A DNA stretch of 31,188 bases from a virus (Duplodnaviria > Caudoviricetes), in IMG/VR virus record IMGVR_UViG_3300016667_001244, positions 1-31,188 of that record. The stretch is one strand, 5' to 3'. The notes beneath the pieces were generated by a model. That model did no database searches. It saw only the letters and a program-made list of their open reading frames with translations, and had not been told where the DNA came from. This document shows, one piece after another, positions 1-10,746 of this stretch; position 1 is the first letter of the stretch, and each line of letters opens with the position of its first letter. Made by a program: the position numbers and the translations under genes.

Positions 1-47
1 AGTTTAGTTTTGGTGTTAAAAGGTATCTACTTGTTGCCATAGCTCAC

Positions 48-3000
48 TCAATCCTTGCGATCATAGTACAAAGGTGTACCTTTATCAACTGCGAAATAAT
101 CGTTTGCGTCTTGATTTCCAATACCGTTAAGTGGACCACTTGTAGCTACCGGCGAAGAAAGATCTGTTGTATCATCAGCGCCAATGTTACCGTTGTTAAC
201 AAAGTAGTTTGAAGTTTTACCAACGGGCCAGATTGGTGCCATCATGATACCCTTCGAATCAAGGCCCGGAGTAATGTCATGAATCACAGCCATTTGTAGC
301 TGAACGGTGACAAACATAGGAGCTCTCAAGTAGTTGCTTGTGTCAATCCCCCAGTTACCCTTGGCTTCGCTATAATCCACCTTAAAGCTCGTTATAACTC
401 CAGCAAGACCTTTGCCTCCAGAAGACTTGAAAGCTTTCATTACAGGGTTATCTGTTTCACTATAAAAATTCGTTGGATTTACTATTTCTGTTGCATTTCT
501 GTCAGGCTGCGCCGTCGCCGGTATAGAGTTATCTTGATTCGTAGCTAGCTGGTTGAACAAGTTCACGGTGTTTGGTTTGTCAAAAAGATCAGAGTTATTC
601 AAACGATCTACCGTCATTAGAACTTCTGCCGCTGGCCGAGGTGCTCCGCCCTCATCGGCGCCCACGCCAGTTATGGGAGTCGATTGCAATGATTGAATGT
701 TTGCTGTTTGGTTTGTGGTAACTCCAATAGTAACATCTGGAATGAACTTTTCTGGTTTGACATATACGCTGCTGGTGCTCTCGTCGGTGCCAAATCTTGT
801 AACTTTTGCAAGGATTCTACTGCGGTCGTTTCCACTAAACGGCGCACCATTAATTCGGTAATGGCTCAAGTTCGGAAAATGTCTGACCTTAAACACCAAT
901 GTATCGTTAGGGTTTAAAACGTGATCTACTTGATACGTTGGAACGTTGGTGGCTGCACGGGAGCGAGAACCCCTTGTTGTATTTGTCTTCGCAGTACCAC
1001 CATCGCTATCTGTTGTACCAAAAGCACGCTCTTGCATTTTTTTTGCTCTATCTCTTGTGGCCGCTCCGCCCGTTGTTTGGTTGGGGGCTGGTTGTTTTGG
1101 AGCAGGGGCCTCTGCCGAGGTTGATGGTGGTGAGTTTTGTGAATCAACGTTATAATCCTCTAATGTTGATGCACCAAACAATCTTGCAACAGCCATCTTG
1201 CTATAGTTGGTTTTGTATAGATCTCCAAGGCGCAAACGTATAACAGGTGTTGCGCCGGGAATCTGAGAAAATGGTTGAATAAACTTGAGGTTGTCAACCG
1301 TAACTTTTCTGCCTTGTGTCCATTGTGGATAAATCATCATAGCAAGACGATTTACTTTGTACCACATAATGTCGTGGTCTTCTGGGTTCATTGCAACCAT
1401 TTTAAAGTTCACAGAAACGTTTCTTGTGGTGCCTTTATAGATTTGAACTTTATCCATGCGGCCATAACCGTCTTGAGCGGTATATTCAACACTGAAATCT
1501 TCGCTGGCTTCCTCAAGAAACGCATGAAACGAAAGTATTTCGTTTGTTCTTAAGTCGTGAATGTAAAACGGCATGAAATCCGCTTCCAAAGCTTCTTCAA
1601 CATCTCGAACCACGTTTGCAGAGATTCTACCAGACTGTGCTTCCTTATCGCTTAAAGTTGTTATTTGAGAGCTTTGATAGTTTGCTGGTGTTCCAACATT
1701 TAAACCCATTTCGTCCCAATGAGTCGAAAAACCGTTTCTATTATACTTACCAAGTCCCACGTTGTTGAATGTATTGGCTCCACCAACAAGAGGCAAACCA
1801 AGCATACCAGCGGTTTTATTGCTCCATGCCAAACCAGTTTGATTGCTCAAACGAGATTTAGAAATATAGTTTTGTCGAGTGTCTGGGAGGCTATCGACAT
1901 ATGATGTGTTGCTTCCTGTTACTGCTAGTGACCTGTTAACGGTACCATTGTTGATGTTTGCGGCAGCTTTTGCTCTTATATCAAACTCAAACTTAACTTT
2001 GTCGCCCATTCCCATCAAAACATTGATAAAACGAACGATTTTCAAGTCACGGATTTTACGTATCAAGTTACCAATGCCGGTGACCGAAGCTAAACCTGTT
2101 AAGTCTAGAGCTGTATCTTCAACCAAACTAATACCACTTCTTAAGATCTCACGAAGAATAACGTTTAATCTACCGCTTTCGGTAAGAACTCTTAAAGAAG
2201 TATTTGCAAGTTGCTGTCCAGCTGCAATGCCAGTTCCTTCATTTCCTGATGTTGTACCAAAGCCAGAAAAACTAAAACCAAAAAACTCTTGAATGCCAGC
2301 GTTTAAACATTCTTCGGTTCTGTGACGGGTGTAAGAGAATATGCCGTTGGTACCAAGAAACTGAGAAGCGATATCTCCAATATCTACTTGACTTAATGGA
2401 TAAACACCAGAGTTTTGCAAAACAGAAGCACCAAGCAAACGTTTCTTTTCGTTGTTTCCCAAGGTTGCAAAAGAAGATGCTCGTGCTTGTGCATCTGCGT
2501 CACCTGACAAGTTAAATGCATTAATCAATGCTGTAAGTGCGCTTAACAACAAAACATAAGCCAAGATCATCGCAACGCACAAAGCGATTTGACCTATAGA
2601 TATAAGACTATCAAACTGGGAATATACGTTATATTGTGATCCATATGTTTGTATGTCGTCGGTGTTGTCGATAAAGTTAGAATTGTTTGGTTTTTCTACC
2701 CCTGTGAGTTTTTTGATTTGAAAGGCTGGAGTGAATCTGCCAAGGCTTACACGCTTTCCGATTCTTTGCTCGGAAGGCAATGACATTCTTGTTTCGGCTT
2801 CTGCAATGTCACCAGCATCATTGGAGCGTATAGCAAAATCCAAACCTGCACGTCCTTGCACAGCTTCAAACATGATGTTCAAACCAATGTCTTTCATCTG
2901 TTCGATTGTCATTGGTGGCGCATCTGTTGCGGTTGCTGGTTGGCTTGCAACATAACTGCCAGTAGCGTAGTTAACTCCGTTACTTAGGTTTCCAGCATTC

Positions 3001-3635
3001 TTATAAAAGAAAGAACCAAGAGTTATTCTATTGTCTTCTTTGTTTTGAGATATTGTTTCGGTAACAAACTGATTTGCGGGATTGTGCCCTCTTGTTGCCA
3101 GTAATGTGCTATTAACAACAGCTTCGTGACCGGATGCATTTGCACTATTAATAGCCAAACGATTGTAAAGATACAGATATCTGTTTCTTGGTCCGCCGTT
3201 GTTGTCAGCTTTGTAGTTAACACCCAAATCGTCTGGTCTTACAGCAACCTGATCAAACTGAGTAACAACACGATTAAACTCGTCTTTAACGTTTGGAATA
3301 GTGTTTACGTATTCTTGTTGACCTTGTTGTGGTTGCTCGGCTCTAAAACCTACTGTTTGTATCGGCAGTCCAACAACAGGAATGTTATTAATCTGTGAGC
3401 GTTCACCGGTATATTCTGCGAGTCTATCAAGAACAGGTTGTGCTACGTCTATACCAGCATCGATTATTGGTGCAACTGGGGAAGTACCTGCGTCTTGATA
3501 GTATATTGTTAAACGCCTAGAAGATACCACAGGAGATGTTGCAGGAGGTGCAACAGGGGCACCATTCACAACTGGTGCATCCGATGGGATAGGAGCAGAT
3601 AATAAATCTGATGGTGGTGGAACAATAGGCGGCAT
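48..3635 (-). CDS. Large baseplate / tail-tube-initiator-like structural protein
   Basis: 1195-aa ORF just downstream of the tape measure gene. The C-terminal part has motifs typical of tube-initiator (gp48/gp54/P2 gpU-like) domains: FHAFLEEASEDFSVEY, YGRMDKVQIYKGTTRNVSVNF, YPQW, PVIRLRLGDLY, GVITSFKVDY, PMFVTVQLQMAVIH. Confidence 0.6.
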   Translation of the reverse strand: MPPIVPPPSDLLSAPIPSDAPVVNGAPVAPPATSPVVSSRRLTIYYQDAGTSPVAPIIDAGIDVAQPVLDRLAEYTGERSQINNIPVVGLPIQTVGFRAEQPQQGQQEYVNTIPNVKDEFNRVVTQFDQVAVRPDDLGVNYKADNNGGPRNRYLYLYNRLAINSANASGHEAVVNSTLLATRGHNPANQFVTETISQNKEDNRITLGSFFYKNAGNLSNGVNYATGSYVASQPATATDAPPMTIEQMKDIGLNIMFEAVQGRAGLDFAIRSNDAGDIAEAETRMSLPSEQRIGKRVSLGRFTPAFQIKKLTGVEKPNNSNFIDNTDDIQTYGSQYNVYSQFDSLISIGQIALCVAMILAYVLLLSALTALINAFNLSGDADAQARASSFATLGNNEKKRLLGASVLQNSGVYPLSQVDIGDIASQFLGTNGIFSYTRHRTEECLNAGIQEFFGFSFSGFGTTSGNEGTGIAAGQQLANTSLRVLTESGRLNVILREILRSGISLVEDTALDLTGLASVTGIGNLIRKIRDLKIVRFINVLMGMGDKVKFEFDIRAKAAANINNGTVNRSLAVTGSNTSYVDSLPDTRQNYISKSRLSNQTGLAWSNKTAGMLGLPLVGGANTFNNVGLGKYNRNGFSTHWDEMGLNVGTPANYQSSQITTLSDKEAQSGRISANVVRDVEEALEADFMPFYIHDLRTNEILSFHAFLEEASEDFSVEYTAQDGYGRMDKVQIYKGTTRNVSVNFKMVAMNPEDHDIMWYKVNRLAMMIYPQWTQGRKVTVDNLKFIQPFSQIPGATPVIRLRLGDLYKTNYSKMAVARLFGASTLEDYNVDSQNSPPSTSAEAPAPKQPAPNQTTGGAATRDRAKKMQERAFGTTDSDGGTAKTNTTRGSRSRAATNVPTYQVDHVLNPNDTLVFKVRHFPNLSHYRINGAPFSGNDRSRILAKVTRFGTDESTSSVYVKPEKFIPDVTIGVTTNQTANIQSLQSTPITGVGADEGGAPRPAAEVLMTVDRLNNSDLFDKPNTVNLFNQLATNQDNSIPATAQPDRNATEIVNPTNFYSETDNPVMKAFKSSGGKGLAGVITSFKVDYSEAKGNWGIDTSNYLRAPMFVTVQLQMAVIHDITPGLDSKGIMMAPIWPVGKTSNYFVNNGNIGADDTTDLSSPVATSGPLNGIGNQDANDYFAVDKGTPLYYDRKD

Positions 3636-3654
3636 GAGTTACCTTGATGGATAA

Positions 3655-3852
3655 CTATTTAGAACCTTGTTTTTTCGCTATTTCTTCATATGATTGCGAA
3701 AGACCGTTAAACTTACCTTGAAGCTGATCAAGCATACCTTTAATAGCCACAACTGTTTTTTCTTTTTCGTTTTCGTCTTCGATTTGACCTAAAAGACTTT
3801 TGATTATTTGATTTGAAAATATCTGCTCACGTAGTTCTTTGTTTGATATCAT
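3655..3852 (-). CDS. Small hypothetical protein (helical, charged)
   Basis: ATG at 3852 lies 1 nt after the tape-measure stop (TGAtATG), suggesting translational coupling. The ORF track gives the longer start at 3888. Confidence 0.6.
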   Translation of the reverse strand: MISNKELREQIFSNQIIKSLLGQIEDENEKEKTVVAIKGMLDQLQGKFNGLSQSYEEIAKKQGSK

Positions 3853-3853
3853 A

Positions 3854-6800
3854 TCAGTTATATCCTGTATAGGTTGGGTTGAAGGCACTTGTGTTGAATG
3901 CTTTTTGATTTGCCGCAGTTTCGGTCCTATTAGTTGTATCTCGTAGCGAAGCAGCGATTTCTCTGCTGTCTATTGTAACTCTAACGTTGATTTGTGCATT
4001 AACTGCTGCATTTTGAACTGCTAGGGTTTGTCTTCCACCAAGAGTTGTACCTAGGTTAGTTAAAGCAACTCGCAATGGACCATCGCCTCCAGAAAGGTTG
4101 CGAAGTTCTGTAATAAAATCGTTGTAAGCTGTAACCATGGATCTCATTGGTGCAATAGCTTGTTCTCTGATCATGGTTGTTATTGACGAGATTCTCACCC
4201 CAGACTGATCAGCACCACTTCCGAAATATTCGGCCAATATCGGCAAAATAGCTGTGCTGCCACTAACCCAGTGCGTCCAATCACTCTGGCCAAATATTCT
4301 CTCGATGTTTTCACGAAGGCGAGCTCCGACATTTGAATCAACCGTAGTAATATTGCTTACTGATGATGCTGCACTTGTCAATTCTTGCAAGCTATCACGA
4401 ACAGAAGTCAACAATGCTCCTTTGCCACGAATGTTTTCTTTTACAGTAGAAATATTTCTAAAAGCTCGTGGATTCATTAGTGGGTTAATACCAGTACCTC
4501 CACTTATACCTCCGCTCGTAAGACCCGATATAACTTTATCCACATTCTGAAGAGGAATATCCAAAAATCTGGCAGCTATAGGAGTTTGAGCACCCGTAGC
4601 TACACTATTGATTGAACTGGTTGCTTCAATAAGAGATTTAACAGCTTCAAAAACGGTTTTTATCGTCCTTGCTTTACCAGCGATTCCTCTGGGTAGTGTG
4701 AACTCCGCAACAGCTTTCAAAGCATTTTCTGTTGTTTTGCCATAACCGGGGATATTTCCAATCTTAGATTTGCTAAACAATCCAATCAACAAGTTTAAAG
4801 GAGGACTGATTGTATCAAGCACACTACGAACAGAAGTTGTTGTGGTTCCTCCAGTACCAGTTGTTGTTACTTGCAAAGAACTGGTTATACCAGCGACAAC
4901 CCCAATCAAATCAAAAACACCTTTGATTGTTTTGACTTTTGAATCTAAACCTTTAACGTTTACGGGCATTTTTTGCAACGAACTAATCATGCTAGGAATG
5001 ATCGTTGTAAACATGCTGCTTATTGCAGTGCTTATTGAACTTATTGTTGTTGAGATTAAGTTTGTTCTTTCTCTGATTTGTTCTGGTGTTAACGTTGCAG
5101 CAGAAACGCTTTGTGAAGCACTTTGAATAGCGTTCATGATTGGTGGAATGATTCTACCAATCACTTCCATGATTGAAGCTATAGCTTGAATGCCTTTGAT
5201 TTTGTTTTCATCAACAGTCATTGATGCGATAGTATCAATGATTCCTTTTATGCCCTTGTTCTCTGGATGTGCTGGGTCGCCATTGATTAGTTGTTGTACT
5301 TGATCTGTTATGCTGCTCAAGTAGGTGCCCATGGCGGTCGCATCAACGGTTCTCGTTTCTCGCAAGAAACCACTTGTATTCGCAAACACTCTTAGCTGTT
5401 CTGGTGATAGCGTAAATACTTTTGCTAGTTCGGTAACGCTTTTAAGGATGTTACCAATAGCTTCAGCACCTTTGAGTTTTTCTGGTGTTATTGCTGCATT
5501 GCTTAAAAGAGTACCCAAGCTTCCGATTACAGATGTTAGCAATCTGTTTGTAGAGCCGATGATATTTGTTAGTAGTAGCTGAATGTCAAGCAAAACAGAG
5601 CTAACTCGACCAGCATCACCGAGCTCATCAGCCAAGCCTGTGACCGCTCTGATCATTTCTGGTAAGGTCTTTGTCATTTCTGCAAAAGCAGGAACAAAAG
5701 ATCCAAGCAACGAAGCACCGGCTTTAACACCTTCAACTTGCGCTGGATTTAAACCACTAAAGCTTTCGATAATCTTTGGAACGATTCCAGCTGGGCCTTT
5801 AAAGATTCCATTAAGAAATCCTTCCACAAAGGTTTTGATTTTGTCGAAGTTTGCCACGAAGTTGCTAGCGTCTGCACCAACAATGATGCCAAGTAGGCTG
5901 TTGCTTCCGGTCGAAGACAACGATTCAACAAGTCGTCCGAGCGGAGGAAGCAATGCTCCAATGCCTTTGGTTATTTCTGTGAACACTCCAGCTTTGGCTT
6001 GAAGCGATGCAGGATCACCTTGAATACCACTAACGGTGGTGATCATTTCGTTTACTATAGTTTTTATTGTGTTGAGTAGGCCATTAGGGCCAATAAGCAT
6101 ATCTTTGATCTTGCCGTAACTGTTGCTAAAATCGAATCCGAGAATCGCTCCCATGACGCTTGCTCGCCCAGCAAGTGCTAGCGTGGCCATGACAGATGCA
6201 ACGTCTTTTATGAGATTACCAACAGCAGACATTACTGCTGCACCGGCTTTGGCTTTGCTTTCGTCAATGTTTATCGTTCCCAAATCACGTATCATAGTTT
6301 TCGCAGCTTCAGCCAAAACACTCATCGTATCTTTGACTTTATAAAGCAAGAACGTCATCTTAGCGATTGCAGCAATGCTTAGTTTGGATGCCGCAAAAGC
6401 TAACAAGGTTATCATTCCTGTTATCACGACAAACAATTCCGTTATCGAATCCATGATCGTAAATGTTGCTTCGATTTTATCTTTGGATATTCCTCCAAGG
6501 CTATTGATTAACCGTTTCGAAAACGGCACCATCACCGCTAAGACCGCAAAAGCCGCTGCCGCTCCCAAAACAGCTGCTCCAATCGCTGTTCCTGCTGAAG
6601 CCGTTATCATTCCACCGAGGGCAGCAAGACCAACAAATAACAGAGCCACTGCACCAAGAAGAAGCGAGAATCCTCCCAAAATAAGCATCGTATTTTCAGC
6701 TTTTTCGATATCAACTTCTCCCATGCTTTTGATCAACCATTTTGAAAACGGAACTAACAGAGCCAATAAAGCTCCAGCGGCAGCGAGAGCGAGCATGGCG

Positions 6801-9511
6801 GGGACGAAGCCTGCGGCGAGAGGCTTACTAGCTAAAGCCATACCAAAAATCAAAAGAGAAATACCAGCAAACAATAAGCTAAACGTTGTCATAACAAAAA
6901 CAGTTTTAGCTATTTCTTCTGCTGTAAACTTACCCAACTGTGTGATAGCAAAAGAAGCAATAGGAACAAGCGCCACCAAAACAAGGCCAGCCAAGGCCAT
7001 TACCCCAATCGCTTTTGTTACTTTACTGGAGTTTATATCGGCTTCTGAGACTGTTTTAATCATGCTTCCAAGCGCAATAAACAAAGCACCAAATATACCA
7101 AGCAACACAGCCGTAAACGCTATAGATTCTTTACTTAGTCCAGAGTTTTCGATATCCCGTGCAATCGACAAAATGATTGGCATCAACATTTTGACTGCAA
7201 CAGCAACAACAGCCATTGCACCAGCAAGTTTGATCATGTTTAAACCAAAATTTTTCATGTCTGCAACAGGGTTTGCTCCCGTTGCGCCGGGAAGGCCGCC
7301 TCCCGGTGTGGTGGGAGGAGCTGGTGGTTTTGGTATTCTATCTACAAAGCCTGTTATGATTTTTTCGAAACCAACCTTAAGTACCGCAGCGCCTGCTGCT
7401 CTTGCAATGCCCATAAACAAAGCAGGTCCAAAAATAGCCATAACAAGCTTAAGCAAATGAGGTTTGATGTATTTTTCAAACAACAACTTCATTAGCTCAA
7501 CAATCTGCCCACCAATAACTTGAAGAACCGGACCAAGCTCTTTAACAACATATTGAAATGCTTGAACGAACATTCCTTTAAGCCCATCACCAGCATCGGT
7601 TGCCATTCTCTTCAAACTGGATGGATCTCGTATAAAACCAATAACAGTACCAAGAATGTTTTTCAGTCCTTCTAACGCATATCGTAAACCTTCAACAAAT
7701 ATAGCACCAACCGTTTTATAGAACGTTTTCAATCCATCAAGGAATCTAGATCCAGCTGGTGCGCCTTTGGTGAAAAAGTCGAAGAAGATTTTTTTCATAT
7801 TCTTCATGAACTCTTGCACGCCTGCTTTTGGATCGGTTTGCAAGGCTTTAAAGAACTTGCTGAATTCTTCTTTGACTTGTTTCATTAGTTCTCTGAAACG
7901 TCTAGGATTAAACATATCAGCAAGCCCTTTAAGCATTTCTTTAATGCCGGGAAACTCTTTAACAAACATTCTGCCAACGTCTCGTCCAGCCCAGTATACC
8001 GTTCGCATACTTCGCTGGAGATTCCTTGTTACTTCCCTAAACTCTTTTGTTCGTCTTATACCGAACTCGAATCCTTTCGCAAATACGTCAAAAAACGAAC
8101 CTTTCATAGCAGAACCGCTTTGAACAAGTCTTTGAACTGATTCGGCCAACAACTTCATCGCTTGAGCTTGCGACATTTGCGCTTTCTGCTGTTTTTTCAT
8201 TTGCGCTTCAACTTGAGCGCCTGTCATAGCCATGTTTTTCTGCGAGAAGGCTATTCTTGCTTCTTCATCAGATATACCAGCTTGTTCTGCAAGATATTTT
8301 CTTGCTTGCGATGTCATCGATTCATATCGCTGCCCGGTTTTAAAGAACGCTTGTCTGAGGTTATCCATTTTCTTAACTGGATCAGCCTCCATTTGCTTCA
8401 ACGGATCAAGCGCAATACCAAATGCTTCTGACAACTTAGCTGCTTGCTGTGCTGCGTCTTCGAAGTTAAATGCTTTGTCCGTGATTTTCTTAAGCGTTTC
8501 CATAGAAACACCTAGTTTTTTCACGTATGCACTTACTTTGACCATTTCATGTGGTGCCAAGATACCGAAAGTGATTGTATCTTTCATCATCACTTCCATA
8601 TCTTTACCAATCTCTTTAACCGATATGCCGAAAGCTTTTTGCCCTTGAGCTAAAGCTCGGGTCATTTCACGAGTTGCTTGAGCACCAGACATTCCAGTTT
8701 CTTCAGCTCTTAACTGGAATGCTTTCATTGCTTCGCCGCTTAATCCCGTAGCTTTTCGTAATAACGTGAACTCTCCTTCAGCACCTTTAAGCGATCCTGC
8801 TAACCTGTTAGCTAATGGCCCCATTTGCTTGAACATTTCCATGTTTTCTTTTAACATGTTAGCCAAACCTTCTCGGCCATAACCAAACACCCTGCTCAAA
8901 CGAAGACCAGATTCACCAAGCTTTTTGGTGCTTTCTGTCATGTTTTTTACCGCAGCAGATGTGCCAACAGATAAATCACCAAACTCTCCACGTAGATCTT
9001 CTAATGCTTGCCTGTATGGGTCAGTGCCACTACCAGCTGCACCTTGGAAGAAATCCATCAACCTTCCCGGCAACGACATGAATATCCCGCCGATATCCTT
9101 AAGCAAACCAAAAGCGCTTCCACCCAACGACAATATGTTTTTGAACAAGTTGGTTGAAAGACTTAATCCAGCTTTAAATCCATTTGCAAACTCAGCAGGA
9201 ACGCTGATTTCTTTAACTTTTTCTGCGATCTTTCCTAAAACACCTTCAAGTTTTGAAGCTTCTTTTTCAGCAACGTTTGATAGTTCATTACCAAACTCTT
9301 TTGTTTTCTCTTGAGCTTCTTTTAGGGATTCTGTTACTTCTTTAACCTTTGTAGCATCAATCTTACCAAAGCATTCTTGTGCTTTACACAAAGCGTCAAC
9401 AAGTTGAGCTTGAGCATGATAAGCCTCAGTTTGTTTTTCAACCTGTGCAGTGATTTGCTGCATGGTTGCAAGCAGTTGTTGTGCTATCTTAAGGTTATCA
9501 GCTGTTGCCAT
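3854..9511 (-). CDS. Tail tape measure protein
   Basis: 1885 aa, Ala/Gly/Lys-rich helical composition, central hydrophobic repeat region, AGGAG ribosome-binding site, upstream of a baseplate-like gene. Confidence 0.85.
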   Translation of the reverse strand: MATADNLKIAQQLLATMQQITAQVEKQTEAYHAQAQLVDALCKAQECFGKIDATKVKEVTESLKEAQEKTKEFGNELSNVAEKEASKLEGVLGKIAEKVKEISVPAEFANGFKAGLSLSTNLFKNILSLGGSAFGLLKDIGGIFMSLPGRLMDFFQGAAGSGTDPYRQALEDLRGEFGDLSVGTSAAVKNMTESTKKLGESGLRLSRVFGYGREGLANMLKENMEMFKQMGPLANRLAGSLKGAEGEFTLLRKATGLSGEAMKAFQLRAEETGMSGAQATREMTRALAQGQKAFGISVKEIGKDMEVMMKDTITFGILAPHEMVKVSAYVKKLGVSMETLKKITDKAFNFEDAAQQAAKLSEAFGIALDPLKQMEADPVKKMDNLRQAFFKTGQRYESMTSQARKYLAEQAGISDEEARIAFSQKNMAMTGAQVEAQMKKQQKAQMSQAQAMKLLAESVQRLVQSGSAMKGSFFDVFAKGFEFGIRRTKEFREVTRNLQRSMRTVYWAGRDVGRMFVKEFPGIKEMLKGLADMFNPRRFRELMKQVKEEFSKFFKALQTDPKAGVQEFMKNMKKIFFDFFTKGAPAGSRFLDGLKTFYKTVGAIFVEGLRYALEGLKNILGTVIGFIRDPSSLKRMATDAGDGLKGMFVQAFQYVVKELGPVLQVIGGQIVELMKLLFEKYIKPHLLKLVMAIFGPALFMGIARAAGAAVLKVGFEKIITGFVDRIPKPPAPPTTPGGGLPGATGANPVADMKNFGLNMIKLAGAMAVVAVAVKMLMPIILSIARDIENSGLSKESIAFTAVLLGIFGALFIALGSMIKTVSEADINSSKVTKAIGVMALAGLVLVALVPIASFAITQLGKFTAEEIAKTVFVMTTFSLLFAGISLLIFGMALASKPLAAGFVPAMLALAAAGALLALLVPFSKWLIKSMGEVDIEKAENTMLILGGFSLLLGAVALLFVGLAALGGMITASAGTAIGAAVLGAAAAFAVLAVMVPFSKRLINSLGGISKDKIEATFTIMDSITELFVVITGMITLLAFAASKLSIAAIAKMTFLLYKVKDTMSVLAEAAKTMIRDLGTINIDESKAKAGAAVMSAVGNLIKDVASVMATLALAGRASVMGAILGFDFSNSYGKIKDMLIGPNGLLNTIKTIVNEMITTVSGIQGDPASLQAKAGVFTEITKGIGALLPPLGRLVESLSSTGSNSLLGIIVGADASNFVANFDKIKTFVEGFLNGIFKGPAGIVPKIIESFSGLNPAQVEGVKAGASLLGSFVPAFAEMTKTLPEMIRAVTGLADELGDAGRVSSVLLDIQLLLTNIIGSTNRLLTSVIGSLGTLLSNAAITPEKLKGAEAIGNILKSVTELAKVFTLSPEQLRVFANTSGFLRETRTVDATAMGTYLSSITDQVQQLINGDPAHPENKGIKGIIDTIASMTVDENKIKGIQAIASIMEVIGRIIPPIMNAIQSASQSVSAATLTPEQIRERTNLISTTISSISTAISSMFTTIIPSMISSLQKMPVNVKGLDSKVKTIKGVFDLIGVVAGITSSLQVTTTGTGGTTTTSVRSVLDTISPPLNLLIGLFSKSKIGNIPGYGKTTENALKAVAEFTLPRGIAGKARTIKTVFEAVKSLIEATSSINSVATGAQTPIAARFLDIPLQNVDKVISGLTSGGISGGTGINPLMNPRAFRNISTVKENIRGKGALLTSVRDSLQELTSAASSVSNITTVDSNVGARLRENIERIFGQSDWTHWVSGSTAILPILAEYFGSGADQSGVRISSITTMIREQAIAPMRSMVTAYNDFITELRNLSGGDGPLRVALTNLGTTLGGRQTLAVQNAAVNAQINVRVTIDSREIAASLRDTTNRTETAANQKAFNTSAFNPTYTGYN

Positions 9512-9584
9512 CTATAAAACGCTCCTGCTTACGATAAGTATCAATACGAACATTTTGTTGGTAGTATTTATGTTGTGAACTGGG

Positions 9585-9941
9585 ATGCTTAACATGGACG
9601 AAAAAGCGGCAAACAAGATATTACAAGAGTTTTTACGAGTTCCTTATATGGAAAATCCTGTTTCTATGGCTTTGTCAAGCTATAGAATGACTACGTTAGG
9701 CAAACTAGTCTTTGCTTCAATCATTACCACAATGGTTACAGGTCAACGTTCACCATTCAAGCTTTCCGGTGATCCTAGAAAGATCGAGATTCTTTCAAAA
9801 GCTGTACAAAGCTCAAAACGTTTTCAAGATGAAATCAAACGTCCCGGTGCAACCGTTGACTCCGTTATCAGAGCCTTGGATGCAAAAAACATCGATGGAA
9901 ACAACTTTCGTTCAGTTTTCGGTGTGCCGTTTCCGTTATGA
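9585..9941 (+). CDS. Hypothetical phage protein divergent from the tape measure gene
   Basis: 118-aa ORF filling the gap, preceded by GTATTTAT (9564-9571). Exact start uncertain. Confidence 0.7.
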   Translation: MLNMDEKAANKILQEFLRVPYMENPVSMALSSYRMTTLGKLVFASIITTMVTGQRSPFKLSGDPRKIEILSKAVQSSKRFQDEIKRPGATVDSVIRALDAKNIDGNNFRSVFGVPFPL

Positions 9942-9978
9942 TTTGTAAAACGTCCCCTCCCTACTATACAATAAAATC

Positions 9979-10170
9979 ATGCCTGTAAGATCGAATCCAC
10001 CTCAACCAGTTCGTTTCACCCCAGACAAAGTTACTGTAGTTGATATTCAAGTTCCTTGTACCATTAATGGAACCGATATAACAACAAGGTTGCAAAACAT
10101 TCAAACAGCAATCGAAGATCTAACAAGACGTATCGTAGTTTTGGAACGTAAAACTGCTAGTTTACCTTGA
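9979..10170 (+). CDS. Small protein with C-terminal coiled coil
   Basis: 63-aa ORF with heptad pattern LQNIQTAIEDLTRRIVVLE. TTGTAA-N18-TACAAT ends 6 nt before the ATG. Confidence 0.6.
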   Translation: MPVRSNPPQPVRFTPDKVTVVDIQVPCTINGTDITTRLQNIQTAIEDLTRRIVVLERKTASLP

Positions 10171-10209
10171 ACGTTCATACTTAGATTCTAGAATAACAAA
10201 GGTAGTACA

Positions 10210-10746
10210 ATGAACAAGCTGGACTTGAAACGTCTTATTCTAGAATCATTAGAAGAACTAAAAAACAAAGACCAAGAAGACGATGAAGAAAATCGTGATC
10301 TTGGTCAAGAACCTCTTTACATTGCCAGCAAAGACAAATATCTTTTGTTTGACGAAGAACTGCCAGAAGAAGAAAATGTTAACATCCTTGAGCTAGATGC
10401 TACTCTGGAAGACGGTACACCTGTTTGCGAAGGTTGCCTTGTTGCTTATATGAATGAGAAACATTCCCTTTTAACAGAAGCAGAGTATCGTGGCCGCAAA
10501 GTTCCTCTTGGTAAACCAATGAGAGGCGATGTAAAAAAATACCGTGTATATGTCCGTGACCCAAAAACAGGTAATATCAAAAAAGTAAACTTTGGTGATC
10601 CAAACATGAGGATCAAACGTCAAGATCCAAAGCGCCGTAAATCATTCCGTGCAAGACACAAATGCAGTCAAGCAAAAGATCGCACTAAAGCAAAATATTG
10701 GTCTTGCCGCTTCTGGAGTAAGAAGCCTGTTTCGAAAATGGTTTGA
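10210..10746 (+). CDS. Conserved large-phage protein: acidic N-terminus, basic C-terminal domain (KKYRVYV...VNFGD...RRKSFRARHKC...YWSC)
   Basis: Recognisable motif set common in large phages; function unknown, possibly nucleic-acid binding. N-terminal LKRLILE leader. Confidence 0.75.
   Translation: MNKLDLKRLILESLEELKNKDQEDDEENRDLGQEPLYIASKDKYLLFDEELPEEENVNILELDATLEDGTPVCEGCLVAYMNEKHSLLTEAEYRGRKVPLGKPMRGDVKKYRVYVRDPKTGNIKKVNFGDPNMRIKRQDPKRRKSFRARHKCSQAKDRTKAKYWSCRFWSKKPVSKMV

Noticed and set aside
4254-9314. Many plus-strand ORFs (up to 361 aa) opposite the tape measure gene
   Set aside because: Antisense shadows of a long gene with biased composition.
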